A stretch of 64,000 nt of DNA from Mobula hypostoma (Eukaryota), in assembly GCF_963921235.1 (NCBI RefSeq), contig NC_086097.1:30878001-30942000 (forward strand). Reading direction: 5' to 3'. The notes beneath the pieces were generated by a model, which was not told the DNA's origin, did not search any database, and was given only the letters and a program-made list of their open reading frames with translations. Positions 62,571-64,000 of this stretch are shown here, piece by piece (the stretch's first letter is position 1; each line of letters begins with the position of its first letter). Both the position numbers and the translations under genes were made by a program.

Positions 62571-63398
62571 TGTCAGGTAAAATAGGGTAAAACGACAACC
62601 ATGCAGAGTAAAGTGTAAAGGCTACTGTAAAGGTGCAGTGCGGGTAGACGACAAAGTGCAAGATCATTACGAGGCAGATTGTGAGGCCGAGTCCAACTTT
62701 TAGTACAAGAAGGGCCATTCAAGTGACTGATAACAACAGGATAGGAAACGTCCTTGAGCCCGGTGGTACGTGCTTTCAGGCTTTCAGGTCTTCTGCCCGA
62801 CGGGAGAGGGGAGAAGAGAGAATGTCTGGGATGGGTGGGGTCTCTGATTACGTCGGCTGCTTTACTGAGACAGTGGGAAGTGTAGACAGAGGCCATGGAG
62901 GGCAGGCTGGTTCCCGGGATGTGCTGAGCTGTGACTACAACACTGTATTTTCTTGCAGTCACGCGCAGAGCAGTTGCCGTACCAAGCCATGGTACATCCA
63001 GACAGAATGCTTTCCACAGTGCTTCAGTAAAAATTGGTAAGAGCTGACGGGGGGACGTGCCGAATTTCTTTAGCCCGTAGACCCTGAGGATGAGGACTAG
63101 TGACGCCGCCCCCCCCCCACCCCCAGTTCAGCATGTGTGTGAGTCTGAGAGCCCAGGGCCAAGGACTGGAGGTGGCCTGGCCTAGGATTAGAGGCCTCTC
63201 TGTGTCTGTGTGTGTGAGTGGGTGGACGGGCTGCTCTTTCTGTATTGTTTTATTGTTGTTCTTACTTGTGTTGTTCTGCTGAATATTGTGGACGTGCTAC
63301 ATTGGCGCTGGAATGTGTGGTGACACTTGTGGGCTGTCCCCCGCACATCTCTAGATTTTGTTGGTTGTTAATGCAAACAACACGTTTCACTGCATGTA

Positions 63399-63535
63399 AC
63401 ACACATAAAAGGGTCTCGGCCTGAAACGTCGACTGCACCTCTTCCTAGAGATGCTGCCTGGCCTGCTGCGTTCACCAGCAACTTTGATGTGTGTTGCTTG
63501 AATTTCCAGCATCTGCAGAATTCCTGTTGTTTGCA
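63399..63535 (+). mobile_element. Young Penelope-derived insert with 14-bp TSD
   Basis: Near-identical to the right arm of 61265-61482. TSD tttcactgcatgta at 63385-63398 and 63536-63549. Confidence 0.88.
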
Positions 63536-63804
63536 TTTCACTGCATGTACTTGTGATAAATAAATCTGATCATGCGCTGTACTGTTCCACATTCTGTGTT
63601 CTCTGTGTGGTTGACAGCCAGAGCACACAGAACTGTAGCAGACAGCCGGTGTGTCTGTCTGTCTGTTGTCTCTCAGCCCGGGATGCCGGAGCAGTGAACA
63701 AGGGCATTCCCGGGAGCGTGTGGTCCCGTGGCTCCCTCTGCTGGGCCTCCATACAAACTGCAGGCAGGTCTTCCAGTGGGGAAATCATGCGTCCTGCCTC
63801 CCAG

Positions 63805-64000
63805 GAGAGGAGGGAGGGGAGTAGGGGAAGGAGGAGGAGAGGAAAGTGCGGTAAGGAGGAAGGGAGGGGAGTGGGAAGCTGGAGAGAAGGGAGAAAAGGG
63901 GAGAGGAGAGGAGAAGAGAAGGGGAGGAGAGGGAGGGAAAGGGGACAGGAGTGAGCGGGTAGGAGCAGGAAGGGGTAGGGAGAAGAGGGACAGCGGGAAG
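63805..64000 (+). repeat. Polypurine (G/A-rich) low-complexity tract
   Basis: About 200 bp almost entirely G and A, running to the window end. Confidence 0.85.

Noticed and set aside
63553..63954. 133-aa ORF at the window end
   Set aside because: It begins in a SINE tail and ends in low-complexity purine sequence, with no recognisable domain.

Overview
Vertebrate genomic DNA, most likely from a cartilaginous fish (ray/skate-like; inferred from the repeat landscape). The great majority of the window is nested transposable elements: many CR1 LINE subfamilies (ORF1 SGNH-esterase, ORF2 APE+RT), Rex1/Babar LINEs, an RTE LINE, an RNase H-bearing I/Nimb-like LINE, Tc1 and Tigger/pogo DNA transposons, V-SINE-like pieces and Penelope-like (PLE) elements. 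The only host gene I recognise is nudt14 (UDP-sugar diphosphatase). Its first coding exon is at 20741-20821 on the minus strand, in a CpG island with repeated GC-box + PBX/PKNOX-type motifs. I found no downstream exon, so positions 1-20740 appear to be intron 1. The most striking hidden system is a dispersed family of about 15 short, often palindromic, TSD-flanked PLE-derived inserts. Several carry a minimal type-I hammerhead ribozyme motif (CUGANGA...GAAAC-GUH), with stem-I changes that preserve pairing between copies. A second PLE family carries its own hammerhead, interrupted by a LINE. TE family names come from recalled motifs rather than a database search, and boundaries of decayed elements are approximate.
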